A stretch of DNA of 64,000 nucleotides, from positions 248,001 to 312,000 of the forward strand of contig CM039005.1 of assembly GCA_017499595.2 (NCBI GenBank), given 5' to 3'. Below are positions 1-10,642 of the stretch, piece by piece. The position numbers and the translations under genes were made by a program. The DNA is from Psilocybe cubensis. Its lineage: Eukaryota. A model generated the notes under the pieces. It saw nothing but the letters and a program-made list of their open reading frames with translations. It made no database searches and was not told the origin of the DNA. Every line of letters starts with the position of its first letter. The stretch's first letter is position 1.

Positions 1-801
1 GACAATTGCCTCCATCATTGATCATTATCGCGACGCTCGCGAACAATTTCACACTAAGGTACGTGTCACAATTTTCAATAATTTATTGGTTGTTTGGACC
101 TCCATGCTGACTGTTGCTCAAGATTGAGAATCTCCACGTCGCGAGGGATAAGGCCAAGAGGGAGGCCGAAGAAAGGGCCCAAGAGGCCGACGAGCGCGCC
201 AGAAGTGAGGCGCACCGCGCTGATACTGAGGCGCAGCAGAAGAAAGAGGCCGACGAGCGCGCCAGAAGTGAGGCGCACCGCGCTGATACTGAGGCGCAGC
301 AGAAGAAAGAGGCTGAAGAGCGCGCTCGAAGAGAGGCCCAGCGTGCTGATACTGAGGCGCAGCAGAAGAAAGAGTTGGAGAAACGGTTGCAGATGGAGGG
401 GAACCAGAAGAAAGAGGCGACCTACCGCGCTCTAAACGAAACGCGCTTGAAGCAAGAGGAGAGGGGGCGGAGGGAAGAGGCGGAAAGGCGCGCTGAAAAT
501 GAAGCGCGCTTGAGGGAAGAGGAGGCGCGGCGGAGGGAAGAGGCGGAAAGGCGCGCTCAAAATGAAGCGCGCTTGAGGGAAGAGGCGGACAGGCGCGCTC
601 AAAATGAAGCGCGCTTGAGGGAAGAGGAGGCGCAGAGGAGGCAAGAGGCGGAGGCGAGGTCCAGGGAATTTGAAGAGGAGTTGAAGAGATACAAGAACAT
701 GCTCAAGGAGAGTCCGTAAGTCATTGCATGTCCTGTTATCCACCTTTCCTCGTTCGCCAGTCTAAATTCTCCTCGCTCAACATCCCAGGTGTCCCACTTG
801 A
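1..801 (+). CDS. 3' part of a coiled-coil protein with 21-aa tandem repeats (5' end outside window)
   Basis: Open exon 2-58, GTACGT..AG intron 59-122, E/R/K/A-rich exon 123-715 with 63-bp repeats (EADERARSEAHRADTEAQQKK x~3; NEARLREEEARRREEAERRAQ-type x~4), probable intron 716-788 and short last exon ending TGA at 801. Confidence 0.7.
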
Positions 802-2818
802 ACTGAAGAGGCGACCTTAGTCGCTAGCTCCGAGTCCACTTCGATATCCTCTAGTTGTCGAATCTATGTGCATCGCGAGCACCATGGTCAACTCCAAGTG
901 TTCGCCGGCCGACACTCGTTTCACGCCCTCAGCATGCGGGTCCTTCAACATCCGATCAATTGCGTTCGAGAAAAGATGGACATGGATTTTTTTTTATCAT
1001 TTATGGCTCACTCGTCTGATTCACGACGGCACATTGACCTTGTATTTACCACACCTGCTCGTCTTCCTGTGCGGATGTTACACACGTCCTCTGCCTCTAT
1101 CCTTTCCTCATTATATACACATCCATTACATATCACACTGATTCATCATCTATCCAACTTTTATGTACTCTACATACACACATATATCTGAAATTGTGGA
1201 TTCACAGATCTGCTGTGAAAGATTCGGGCTATACATCTATTGTTCTTCCTAGACCGCTCTCAGGAGAACTGGAACACAACCAAACAACGAGACTCAATTT
1301 ACTTATTGTGCAACTCAACTTCCTCGCAAGTACGCAAGTCTCTCAGTCTCGGGCTCCACCCACTCATAAACCGCGCGCTTTCCTCTTCTTGAGTCAGTAT
1401 CTTTTCACGTTCACGGCACGAAAGTACAAGTCCGGATCCTCGTCGCGCCGGCAATCTACGTTCATCATGATACGCTCTTGCGCTCCTACTTATGAGCACT
1501 TGTAAAATTAAATTGACTTTGTACCCGCAACGCCTGGGTACACCCGTCATCCACATAACATGTGCATACTAACCCTACGTCCAGGAGCTTCAGTGACTTC
1601 CACACAATCTGATTCTAAATTAACAACTTTACAGGCCGCAGATAACACGCACCTGTATATCCCCACGACGCATTGGCGAAACACATAACGCGCAAAATAC
1701 AACGCGTAACACGCAACACGCACACATTCCCACAAATCACACCCATCATCTCCTAGTGTAATGCGATGACGCGGTGCGGCGAGAGATGGGTAAACTGAAG
1801 GTGGAGGTGGAAGTAGTAGAGCACTTGTCATTTGTACCATACAAGAAAAGCATACATTACCTGGCATGCCACCCCTCCGTTCCCTGAATTTGGTCCGATG
1901 AGTGTCGTGCGCTGGACCCAGATTCCAGATTCCACAGGGTGAACAAGAAAAGCTGTATTCAGATCCAGGCCGCGGAGCGCGGGGAGCTAGAGGCATCGAA
2001 GATGCAAGACTCTTGGTGGGTTATACCCCAAAATCGGGGCAGAGGCGTGGCATAGTACGATCACTTAACGAGATATAATGATGGGGAAAAGACTTCAAAT
2101 TTCATAACTGATGAGTCGATGTTGAGGCCTCGATGCGTCGTTGAGATTGAGGTCGAGGTTACGATTGAGCAGCAGTTTACGTTCAGTTGTGGTTCAGAAG
2201 CGGCGACGTACGTGGAGTAGACGTTGATATTGAGTACAGATCATTGAGGTAGGGTCCTTGCACGACAAAGTACACGACTGGCTGCACAAAAGCAAGAAAC
2301 GTCCCCTGTTTGCGGGCCCATTGATAGCCGTATTGCCCAAAGTATTGCCAACTTCGTGGTTGTGCTGGTCGCTGTCCGTGTCTTGCCAATGTTTCGTGAG
2401 AAGTTACATCAAGGCAGAAAGTTAAATGTACTTGAGCATAGGTAGTAATGGATGAAGGTTGAGGTAACTGGGTCTGGGTCGATCTTCCCATTGGATAAAT
2501 GCATCTCGAAAGCGTAAGAAATGTATGGTAATTATTATTCTGACTCGATAAAACGACCCTTGGCGTTCCCTGCTTTAGAATGGACGTTATAAAGGCTGTA
2601 ACTACCCATGAAGTCCCGATCCCCGACTCGACAGTTATTCCATTCGTGATTGAGCTCTGGTATCTATCGCTCCCCATGAAAATTTGCAAACTCTAATTGT
2701 GAAAGGGTCATCAAAACAAGAGAATAACAATCCCGTTGTGGCCATCGAAGACCAAATATATCTTTATCTTTATTGGTGTGTAGGCTAAATATAGCGAGTC
2801 ACCCTTGTAAAGCATTGT

Positions 2819-2940
2819 TTAATCGGTCTTCAAAGGAGATGGAGAGGCAGTCGGCTCAGTAACGTTGGCACTAGAGCTTTGACTGCAGCGAAAAATGTTA
2901 GTAAATTTTTATTGTCAAATATAATAGTCCTTACGTCCAC
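2819..2940 (-). pseudogene. Orphan 3' tail of an unidentified gene (52-bp intron plus last exon), cut by a TIR element
   Basis: Minus strand GTAAG...TACTAAC...CTGCAG intron 2934-2883 followed by QSSSANVTEPTASPSPLKTD*; upstream sequence is immediately the element TIR. Confidence 0.4.
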
Positions 2941-2953
2941 TATGGCTGTCCGT

Positions 2954-4043
2954 TATGGCTGTCCGTTTGCACATTTAATACCAATCAATAAACTTTTTGT
3001 CCCATACATAGAAGTCTCAATTCTACACAATTCCATATACACACTCTGATGTCCTGGATATAGAGAGATGGTTTCCGAACATATAAATCCAGTATCCATA
3101 TATTCATAGGTTGCATCCTCAGATACAACTTTGAGTGCCATACATATAGTTTTGGTGCCCACATATACAAATTACAATCCCTTACATAGAGAAAACACTC
3201 CCTTTTATACATATTTTGTTGCCTTACTTATATCTGAAGGTTCCCCGTATGATTGTTCTTACCTTTCTTCATCCCGAAGATATACAGTCATTTTTCGGCA
3301 TTCTGTCTATGCCGTGCATGCCTAGACATCGTGAGAATCGGCAAATCTCGGCAAATGTGGACACAAATTACAGTTCATTGCCTGTATGCCTATCGACACA
3401 CGCTGATTGAACATTAAAAAGATGCACATTTATCCAATTAATCAGTAAATATATTCCTGTGTAGGCTGATTACAGAAGTAGCTTGTCTTCATAGTTTGAG
3501 ACGAGTGCTTTGACCAGCCCAGTCGCCGTGCTAAGGCTTAAAAAGGCCTAAGTTGAGGTTGCAGACAGAAAATTGCATTGGAGTAGTCTATATACAGTCT
3601 TATGTGACTTAATGTACGAGTGTTTATGCTCATGATTAATTTTATAATCTTGTAATGACTGTCCTACTTTCTTCACAAGTAGCAAGCCACTGCAAGCGGG
3701 ACGAAAATCGAGTTCCCACGCCTCTACGGCACGGACGGCACAAATAATATTCATCTGGACAACTCTATATCTTCGGACCAAAGTTGAGGTACATGCGGAG
3801 AGGGTCACAGACTATGGTACTGAGTTTTTTATGTATGGATAGCATACCCTTATGTGTGCAGCTCCCATTCAAACTTAAGGGCATGCAAATACAATGACCG
3901 GGATAATTTCTTGTATGCTCGGAAATTATCTCTCTATAACCGGGACACCAAGGTATGTAGTTGGGTTCAAGAAAAATTGTAATTTATATGTATGGGGAAA
4001 GAAGTTTATACTTTGGTATTAAATGTGCAAACGGACAGCCATA
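2954..4043. mobile_element. Non-autonomous TIR element (IS3EU-like MITE family A, copy 1)
   Basis: Perfect ~31-bp TIR TATGGCTGTCCGTTTGCACATTTAATACCAA; interior similar to 59818-60904; flanks do not form a TSD; extra 13-bp copy of the TIR end at 2941-2953. Confidence 0.9.
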
Positions 4044-5351
4044 TGGAGGTCCTACATCCCCTCTTGCAGTGATTTCTGTTATTGCCACCAAGCGATATCG
4101 CTTTCGTCTCATTTCTCTCTCGTGCGATCCCAATTTTACATTTTCAATTGACGGACATACTATGGTAATCTCAGTCTCTCCTGTTAGTGGTACTATACAA
4201 CTGACCATATCACGGCTCAGACAATCATTGAAGTCGATGGAATAAACACCCAGCCTCTTATCGTTGATTCTATTCAGATATTTTCTGGTCAGCGTTATTC
4301 ATTTATTTTAACTGCGGACCAGCCAGTGGACAATTACTGGATTCGTGCCAATCCGGGCCCCACCGGTACAACTGGTTTTGATGGAGGTATTAACTCGGCC
4401 ATTCTACGCTATGTCAATGCAACTGCGGAGGATCCAACAACAAACAGTACAGCCAGTAATCCTCTGGTTGAAACAAACCTGGTTCCATTGGACGGTGCTG
4501 CTGCTCCAGGAACTCCTGGAGTCGGTCTGGCGGACGTAAACATTGATCTCGAGTTTAGTTTCAACGGAACAATGTTTACCGTAAATGATGCGGCATGGAC
4601 GACTCCCACTGTCCCGGTATTGTTGCAAATTATGAGCGGCACCTTGACGGCTCAGGACTTGCTCCCATCGGGATCATTTTATGTATTACCACCAAATAAA
4701 GTCATTGAAATATCTATGCCGGGTGGATCTGCCGGTGCTCCTGTGAGTTATTAAATTACTGCACTTACAATCCGAACTGACAATAGGTAATCTCATGTCA
4801 TTTTAGCACCCTCTACATCTTCATGGGGTATGTCATCTTTAAATGATGTTGCGAGTACTTCTATTAATGAACTTAATCTAGCACACATTCTCTGTTGTTC
4901 GAAGTGCTGGAAACTCGTCATACAATTATGTAAATCCGATACGCAGGGATGTAGTGAATACTGGAAGCGACACAACGGACAGCGTTACTATTAGGTTTAC
5001 AACCGACAATGCCGGTCCATGGTTTCTTCATTGGTGAGTATCTGCTCAGAGGCCTCCCGTGCCATGGTTTCTAATCAACAGATAAGCCATATCGATTGGC
5101 ATCTCGATGTGTGAGTACAGTTAAACAGCTTGATTTATATTGAAGTCTAAAGATTTCTCTATCTGCGCTGATAGTGGGTTTGCTGTAGTTATGGCAGAAG
5201 ACGTTGACACGGTGGAAGGTAGTACACCGTCCAGTAAGTCACAATCGCATACATGTTATCACACTGACCATCATTAATGAGGCACTTTTCAGGCGACTGG
5301 AGCACTTTATGTCCAACATTTGATGCTTTACCTGTCCAAACATTCACTTGA
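4044..5351 (+). pseudogene. Laccase (multicopper oxidase, AA1_1), 5'-truncated
   Basis: [37 protein letters not shown]3 HPLHLHGH and L4 HCHIDWHLDVGF assembled across canonical introns; signal peptide and L1/L2 copper motifs absent, sequence starts at the element TIR. Confidence 0.9.
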
Positions 5352-5430
5352 GATACAAAATACTGCAGTGATAGAGATTGACTTACAACCTTCCTACACA
5401 AATACGCCAAAATAAAATCATTTTTTTGTA

Positions 5431-6288
5431 TCAGAAGCCAATGGGTTCTGTAAGCGAGCGTAAATGAGGTGGTATCATCAACAGTCGCGTGAGCTCGGGG
5501 TCGTATAAATTTTCCCAGATTGCCTCCATCTCCCGGAGCTGAGGGGAAGAAAACCGGCCTTTGGATGCGCCATCGGCGAGGTTAGCTTTGGATGGGATCC
5601 ATCTGATGTCCAGGATGATACGATGTGTGTAACAGGTCGATATAATACGCTTCACGATGCCATCAAGACCGTAATTTGGTGTCCAATAGCCGGAAGAGAG
5701 TGCTTTGACAACACCATCATTGTCTGATAAGATAACAGTGGGGTACAGTGTGTCGATTGCGTCCAACATAATGAGCGTATGGATTGCCATTTCGACCGCA
5801 ATAAGTTCAGCCCAGGATGTGATGACTTGACCGGTAGGTCCAATAGGGATGCCAGCTTTTCCAGGAATCCATGAATATGCCAGAGACTGTTTGAAAGAGG
5901 AAAGATAGAACCCGATACCCCAGTCGGATGCGTCCGTATACGCCACAACTGGAAGTAGAGCATTGAACGTGTTCAAAGAAGGGCTACGCCAGTATTTTTG
6001 AAGAAATGCCTGAGTGTCCGTGCGATAGTATCGAGGCGTGCGTTCACTAATACGTATCATGGCTTTGATTGTATTTAGGGCGGAATGACTGTCACTTTCT
6101 GCATGATACCCGTGCGCGGACTCCATCAAAAGAGAGAGGTGGCCAATATTTTCGGGAAAAATTGACGGCCAGGGTTGACAGAAAGCGTATGAACCAGAAC
6201 TGTATATCGTTGCGTGAGGATAGGGATAATCCATAATAGAGTGGAGGCTACCGTAAAGAAGTACCATTGCTGGTGTCTCGAATGCTGT
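5431..6288 (-). CDS. Stand-alone DIRS-type RNase H domain protein (copy 1; 5' end interrupted by a MULE-like MITE, possibly a pseudogene)
   Basis: YTDASDWGIG / SWAELIAVE / ILSDNDGVV / WIPSKANLADGASKG motifs give a D-E-D-D RNase HI tetrad of the DIRS1 type. Confidence 0.75.
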   Translation of the reverse strand, partial: TAFETPAMVLLYGSLHSIMDYPYPHATIYSSGSYAFCQPWPSIFPENIGHLSLLMESAHGYHAESDSHSALNTIKAMIRISERTPRYYRTDTQAFLQKYWRSPSLNTFNALLPVVAYTDASDWGIGFYLSSFKQSLAYSWIPGKAGIPIGPTGQVITSWAELIAVEMAIHTLIMLDAIDTLYPTVILSDNDGVVKALSSGYWTPNYGLDGIVKRIISTCYTHRIILDIRWIPSKANLADGASKGRFSSPQLREMEAIWENLYDPELTRLLMIPPHLRSLTEPIGF

Positions 6289-7422
6289 GGGCAACAAGAA
6301 ATGTCAGTGCATGTCAGTGCATGTAAGTGCACGTCGGCACTGACATGCGCTGACAATATAATGTCTATGCACTGACATGCACTGACATCACTTAGGATTT
6401 GTGAAAAAGTTGAAGTCTGTACTTATATAAAATGAAACTGTGTTCAGTGCAGGATTACTTAGACGGATTTTGAATGTATTATAAATGTCTAGAAATCTAC
6501 TATCCTCCTAGAATTATCTCTATACTGAATACCAAGAGTTGATGCACTGACACATGCACTGACCGCCAAGCAATTGCACTGACTTTGCACTGACATGCAC
6601 TGACGGTGCACTTACATGCACTGACAGTGCACTCACATGCACTGACATACACTGACCTTCATTAATGGTGCACTGACGATGCACTGACATAGTTTTTACC
6701 TTATAATCATGTTATCTTTTATTTCAAATGAAGAACACAATTTTAGGTAAGTAGACTGTATGAGTTTCCTCTGGTCCATCAGCTGTTCCCAAGACCCGCT
6801 TGACTAGGGTGCTTCAATGGGACTTTGTAATTCCCTTTCCCTTTCAGCTGTGACATGGGGACATCGAAATACTTACTAGAAATTCGCACCCCAAGCTAAG
6901 GCCAATACCAAAGCATTGTTGCGCCTGCAGCCAAGGATGATCCCAAATCATTGTCAAACAGGATCAGTTATACACTGGAATACTCTGAGGCGCCTATTTA
7001 ATGATTCCAATACAATTCATTCATTCTTCCCACATCTATGCTTGATTTAGTACACCAGATTGTTACTTGAAAATGTAGAGAATATATATTTACTTCTATA
7101 TCTTGTTATTTAGCTGTGCCTGACCCAGAAACTCCGAGACCGTATGCTTTAATCATCCCCAAGTTAACATTCTCACGGCCCCAATTTAACAAGTTCAAAT
7201 TTTGCCACCACACCATCACGATGAACTAACCAATGCACTAACATAACCCTGCACGCACAGGCATGTACTGACACACCATGACCAACTTATAGATTATTGG
7301 AAACATGCACTGACATTGCACTGACATCACTGCAGTCTGCACTGACATTGCACTGACATTACTGTGGTATGCACTGACATGCACTGACCGCACTGACATT
7401 GCACTGACATTTTCCAGTGCCC
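6289..7422. mobile_element. MULE-like non-autonomous element with GCACTGACAT subterminal arrays
   Basis: Imperfect 23-bp TIR GGGCA...AAATGTCAGTGCA; exact 9-bp TSD GAATGCTGT at 6280-6288 and 7423-7431; decamer arrays at 6301-6390, 6543-6690, 7300-7410. Confidence 0.85.
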
Positions 7423-7431
7423 GAATGCTGT

Positions 7432-7848
7432 CATTCTGTTGTTGCGCTTTCTTCAACTTCGATGGCTGTTCCTTCACTACTGCGGCCTCATTCTGGACCT
7501 CTTTCCAACCAATGTTTTCTCCATACATCACTCCTCTTAAAAAAGAGTCCTCTTCTCGAATCAATAAAGATTCACGCTGGTAGAGATCTTCAATGAGCGA
7601 AGGCCATTCAAGACGAGTACCATGACTTTCATCACATATTTCATCACAAGTGGGACGAATCTGTGAACAGCAGGAGCTGATCGATGGTCTTTGAGGTGGT
7701 CACTGCAGTGATAACAAAATCCACAAGCCGATGTTTGGGTAAATGACCCAATCGCGCTTCGATGGGAGACATATGGATCGGAATCCATATATTCATTGAA
7801 TCGATAATATTTTTTGCAATCCTTGGGGGGATTAAAAATCATCCCCAT
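7432..7848 (-). pseudogene. Probable displaced and frameshifted 5' part of RNase H gene copy 1
   Basis: SACGFCYHCSDHL motif resembles SSCSICEMYTDHF of the 31340 protein; followed in a shifted frame by a charged helical segment running into the TSD. Confidence 0.35.
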
Positions 7849-7933
7849 TCCATCATTGACATTCCTTAGACCCCCTATTTCTCAGTAAATGGCGGCAATT
7901 AGTTGAAGCTTAACAAAGAGTGTTCTGTATTTG

Positions 7934-9022
7934 TTAGAGGCTAGTTACAGTAATATCCTGCTCATGAGCCGGGTGAATTAGCGGTTTCAAAGCTTTTGGT
8001 ACGACCCTCCCACGCCTACTGTGCCCGTAACACTTGTCAACTTCCTCCCACAAGCGAACCATATCCCGTATGCCCTCCTTCGACACAAATCGACCTCTCG
8101 ATGGTTTGTCGGCAATGTTGGCATAAGAAGGCACCCAATAGATCTCCATGAACATCTTATGGCGCCCACAAGTCCTTTCAATACGATCGACGATGCCATC
8201 AAGGTTATAGGCATCTTTCCACCTGCCGGCGTTGAGCGCATTGACCACCCCTTTATTGTCCGAAAGAAGGACAAGCGGGTAGCCCATACGATGAAACTTC
8301 ATGGTAATCAAAGTATGAATAGCTACTTCGACTGCAATGAGCTCGGCCCACGACATGACAATTTGGTTGTCCCTTCCAACGGGGAGCTTGTCGGAGACCC
8401 GATCCCAGTACCACGCTAGACTAAGACCAATGGATGGTATGGAAACGCCGATTCCCCACCTTGAAGCGTCGGCATACACCACCAGAGGGAGCCGAAAGGC
8501 AACGGGGGATCGAGGGTCATTATATTGAAAAGCCGGTTCGCGCCAATACTCGAGCAAGTACCTCTGTGCTGCAGTTCTCTTGTATTGTGGAATCTTCTCA
8601 ACCCTGCGAATCAGATATCTGACCTTTGCTAGTGCCATCGCTTGAAATTTGCCGTCCGGAACATGGGCGAGCGCCATATAAGAATTAATGTGTCCGATGT
8701 TCAAGAGAGCGATGTTATTTCGAATGGAGAGGATATTGAACTGGATGAAGATATCGTCGATGTATGTTTGCACAATATGGGTCTTGTCCTTGCAGAATAT
8801 GTCGACGCGCATGATGGGAAACATGAGGAAGAGTCGGAGGAATGATTTTATATCTGAATGTTTAAGTTTGAGATGCCGAAGAGTACTGAATAGTGAAAAT
8901 TTATTGGGAAATGAATATAGTGCGAGTTCTTTGAAATACTTGTGTGTACTGAGGGGATTTCTGACAATGTCGATGAGAGTTCTGTGAGAGTTGGGGAAAC
9001 ACGTAGCCAACAGGAAACTCAA
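7934..9022 (-). CDS. Stand-alone DIRS-type RNase H domain protein (copy 2; first ATG at 8824)
   Basis: YADASRWGIG / SWAELIAVE / LLSDNKGVV / WVPSYANIADKPSRG; shares upstream NIGH..M..AH..RT..Q..L..YWR.P block with copy 1. Confidence 0.8.
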   Translation of the reverse strand: MSFLLATCFPNSHRTLIDIVRNPLSTHKYFKELALYSFPNKFSLFSTLRHLKLKHSDIKSFLRLFLMFPIMRVDIFCKDKTHIVQTYIDDIFIQFNILSIRNNIALLNIGHINSYMALAHVPDGKFQAMALAKVRYLIRRVEKIPQYKRTAAQRYLLEYWREPAFQYNDPRSPVAFRLPLVVYADASRWGIGVSIPSIGLSLAWYWDRVSDKLPVGRDNQIVMSWAELIAVEVAIHTLITMKFHRMGYPLVLLSDNKGVVNALNAGRWKDAYNLDGIVDRIERTCGRHKMFMEIYWVPSYANIADKPSRGRFVSKEGIRDMVRLWEEVDKCYGHSRRGRVVPKALKPLIHPAHEQDITVTSL

Positions 9023-9428
9023 GAATGTACCTTACACGTGATTGTGTTTTTCAAATTGTCAAACGATGACCCAATTCGATTTGCAAACTTGAATCCAACT
9101 CTTTGATTCAACTAGGAAGGCCATTTGAAGCATATTTGAAGTATTATATACGTCAGTTGACGCCGTGGCTTCGAACAAAGTTATTTTTACTTCAATTCAC
9201 AGCTATGTCAATAATAACTGACAGGCCACTTTACTCAGGGCTCATTTCTTCGTAGAACAAGCCTTTATAGGAGAAGTCTAATGTATTGCGAGTGTTTTGA
9301 CTACCTCTAATCTGATGCGCTTTGCAGAAAATCATGTTTTTTACCATACAAAAAACCAAAATATGTGTCATTTTAGGGTAAATCAACTGTATAAAGCGGC
9401 TTCGAGAGCCTACAGAGTCAATTCAGAG

Positions 9429-10642
9429 CTAAGTCGCATCCTCGGTGGACTTCTTGCACTGTTTCCGGTGATTCTTCTCGTATAATCTTTCAAGAGCACT
9501 AACTTGAACATGCCAAAGGGGGTTTCCAAATTCTGCAAGCCAACCAAGATGATTGTTGATGATGCCGTCCACGGGGATTATGAAGTCAAGGTCTTCATCC
9601 GTCATGTACCTTCCACCTCCGTTTTCTCCTCCGTACGATAGGCTGAACCAAAGATTCTGTAAACCGGTAAGGTATGTCGCCAAATTGGCCTTTTTAGGGT
9701 CTAAACCAACACCGAAAGCCACGACATAGAATGTTCCGCGGTTTGCATGAATTGACATGGGCTTCCACCGACAAATCTTTGTTGAAATTTCATTTAGCAT
9801 ATAGAGTATTCGTGCAGCGATGGGCTTATGGGGAAGTGGTAGTTTCATGATAATGGTCCCGCCAGGTGCGACTGTACGAAGGGCGATTATGAGCTGAGAA
9901 ATCGACAGACGGTGCATATCGCCTGGTTTTGCTGAGATTTGAGTTCTCAATTGATGGCCATCCAAAAGAACGAGATCAAAGGGTGACTTCACGATATCAT
10001 AGGGGAGGTGTTGAAGGTCGGGATCTGGTACACTGTGTGCATTGAGTTGGTATTTTGTAAGATTTGCAAAAATTAGTTTGTGTCGGGTTAGAAGATGCTC
10101 CTCGAGAAGATATTTGTGCCCTCCATCTTCAACCGGTAGCGACACTCCAATTCCCCTCGAAGCAGGATTCTTTGTCAGGATATATGACGAAAATCCTCCA
10201 GGGCAGCATCTAGCAGGTGTGAATTATAAGCCAACTTGGATAGCTTTGAAGGATCAAGTACTCACCCTAGGTCCAAGAAAGACAAGTGCCCTTCCGCCGG
10301 AATGCACTTCAAACGAGTGTCTATCTCCTTCATTAATCCTTTCATCTTGTCGTACCAGACACCTTCGAGATGAGGTGAGGCATTGTCAGAAGCATCACGC
10401 TGTTTTTGAAAGTGAACTTCGATTCGTTCATCGTTCCATCCCTAAACAACACATCGATGAAATGCGGAGAAAATTTGGGCGCTTAATCAACTTACGTCGC
10501 CTTGCAGCTTGAGAAGCTTCGCGAGAATCACAGCTCCATGGTCAATTAGTTCTTTGACAAGTCGCACTTTGTAGTCATGGGGATCAGGCTCCTGCTCTGG
10601 CAAGAAATTTTGATATCGAACTGGCATTGGAGTACAGGGCAT
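9429..10642 (-). CDS. FtsJ-like SAM-dependent methyltransferase
   Basis: Spliced exons give GWNDERIEVHFQKQRDASD, FLDLG|CCPGGFSSYIL (SAM-binding), FDLVLLDGH, GGTIIMKL, KPMSIHANRGTFY. Confidence 0.8.

Noticed and set aside
1547-2689. Minus-strand ORFs of 149 and 168 aa
   Set aside because: No recognisable domain or supportable gene model
6301-7410. GCACTGACAT arrays as a CRISPR-like array
   Set aside because: 10-bp units without unique spacers, eukaryotic context, and enclosed by a TIR and 9-bp TSD
5431-9022. Intact DIRS/Ngaro retrotransposon
   Set aside because: No RT, tyrosine recombinase or terminal repeats visible around the RNase H ORFs
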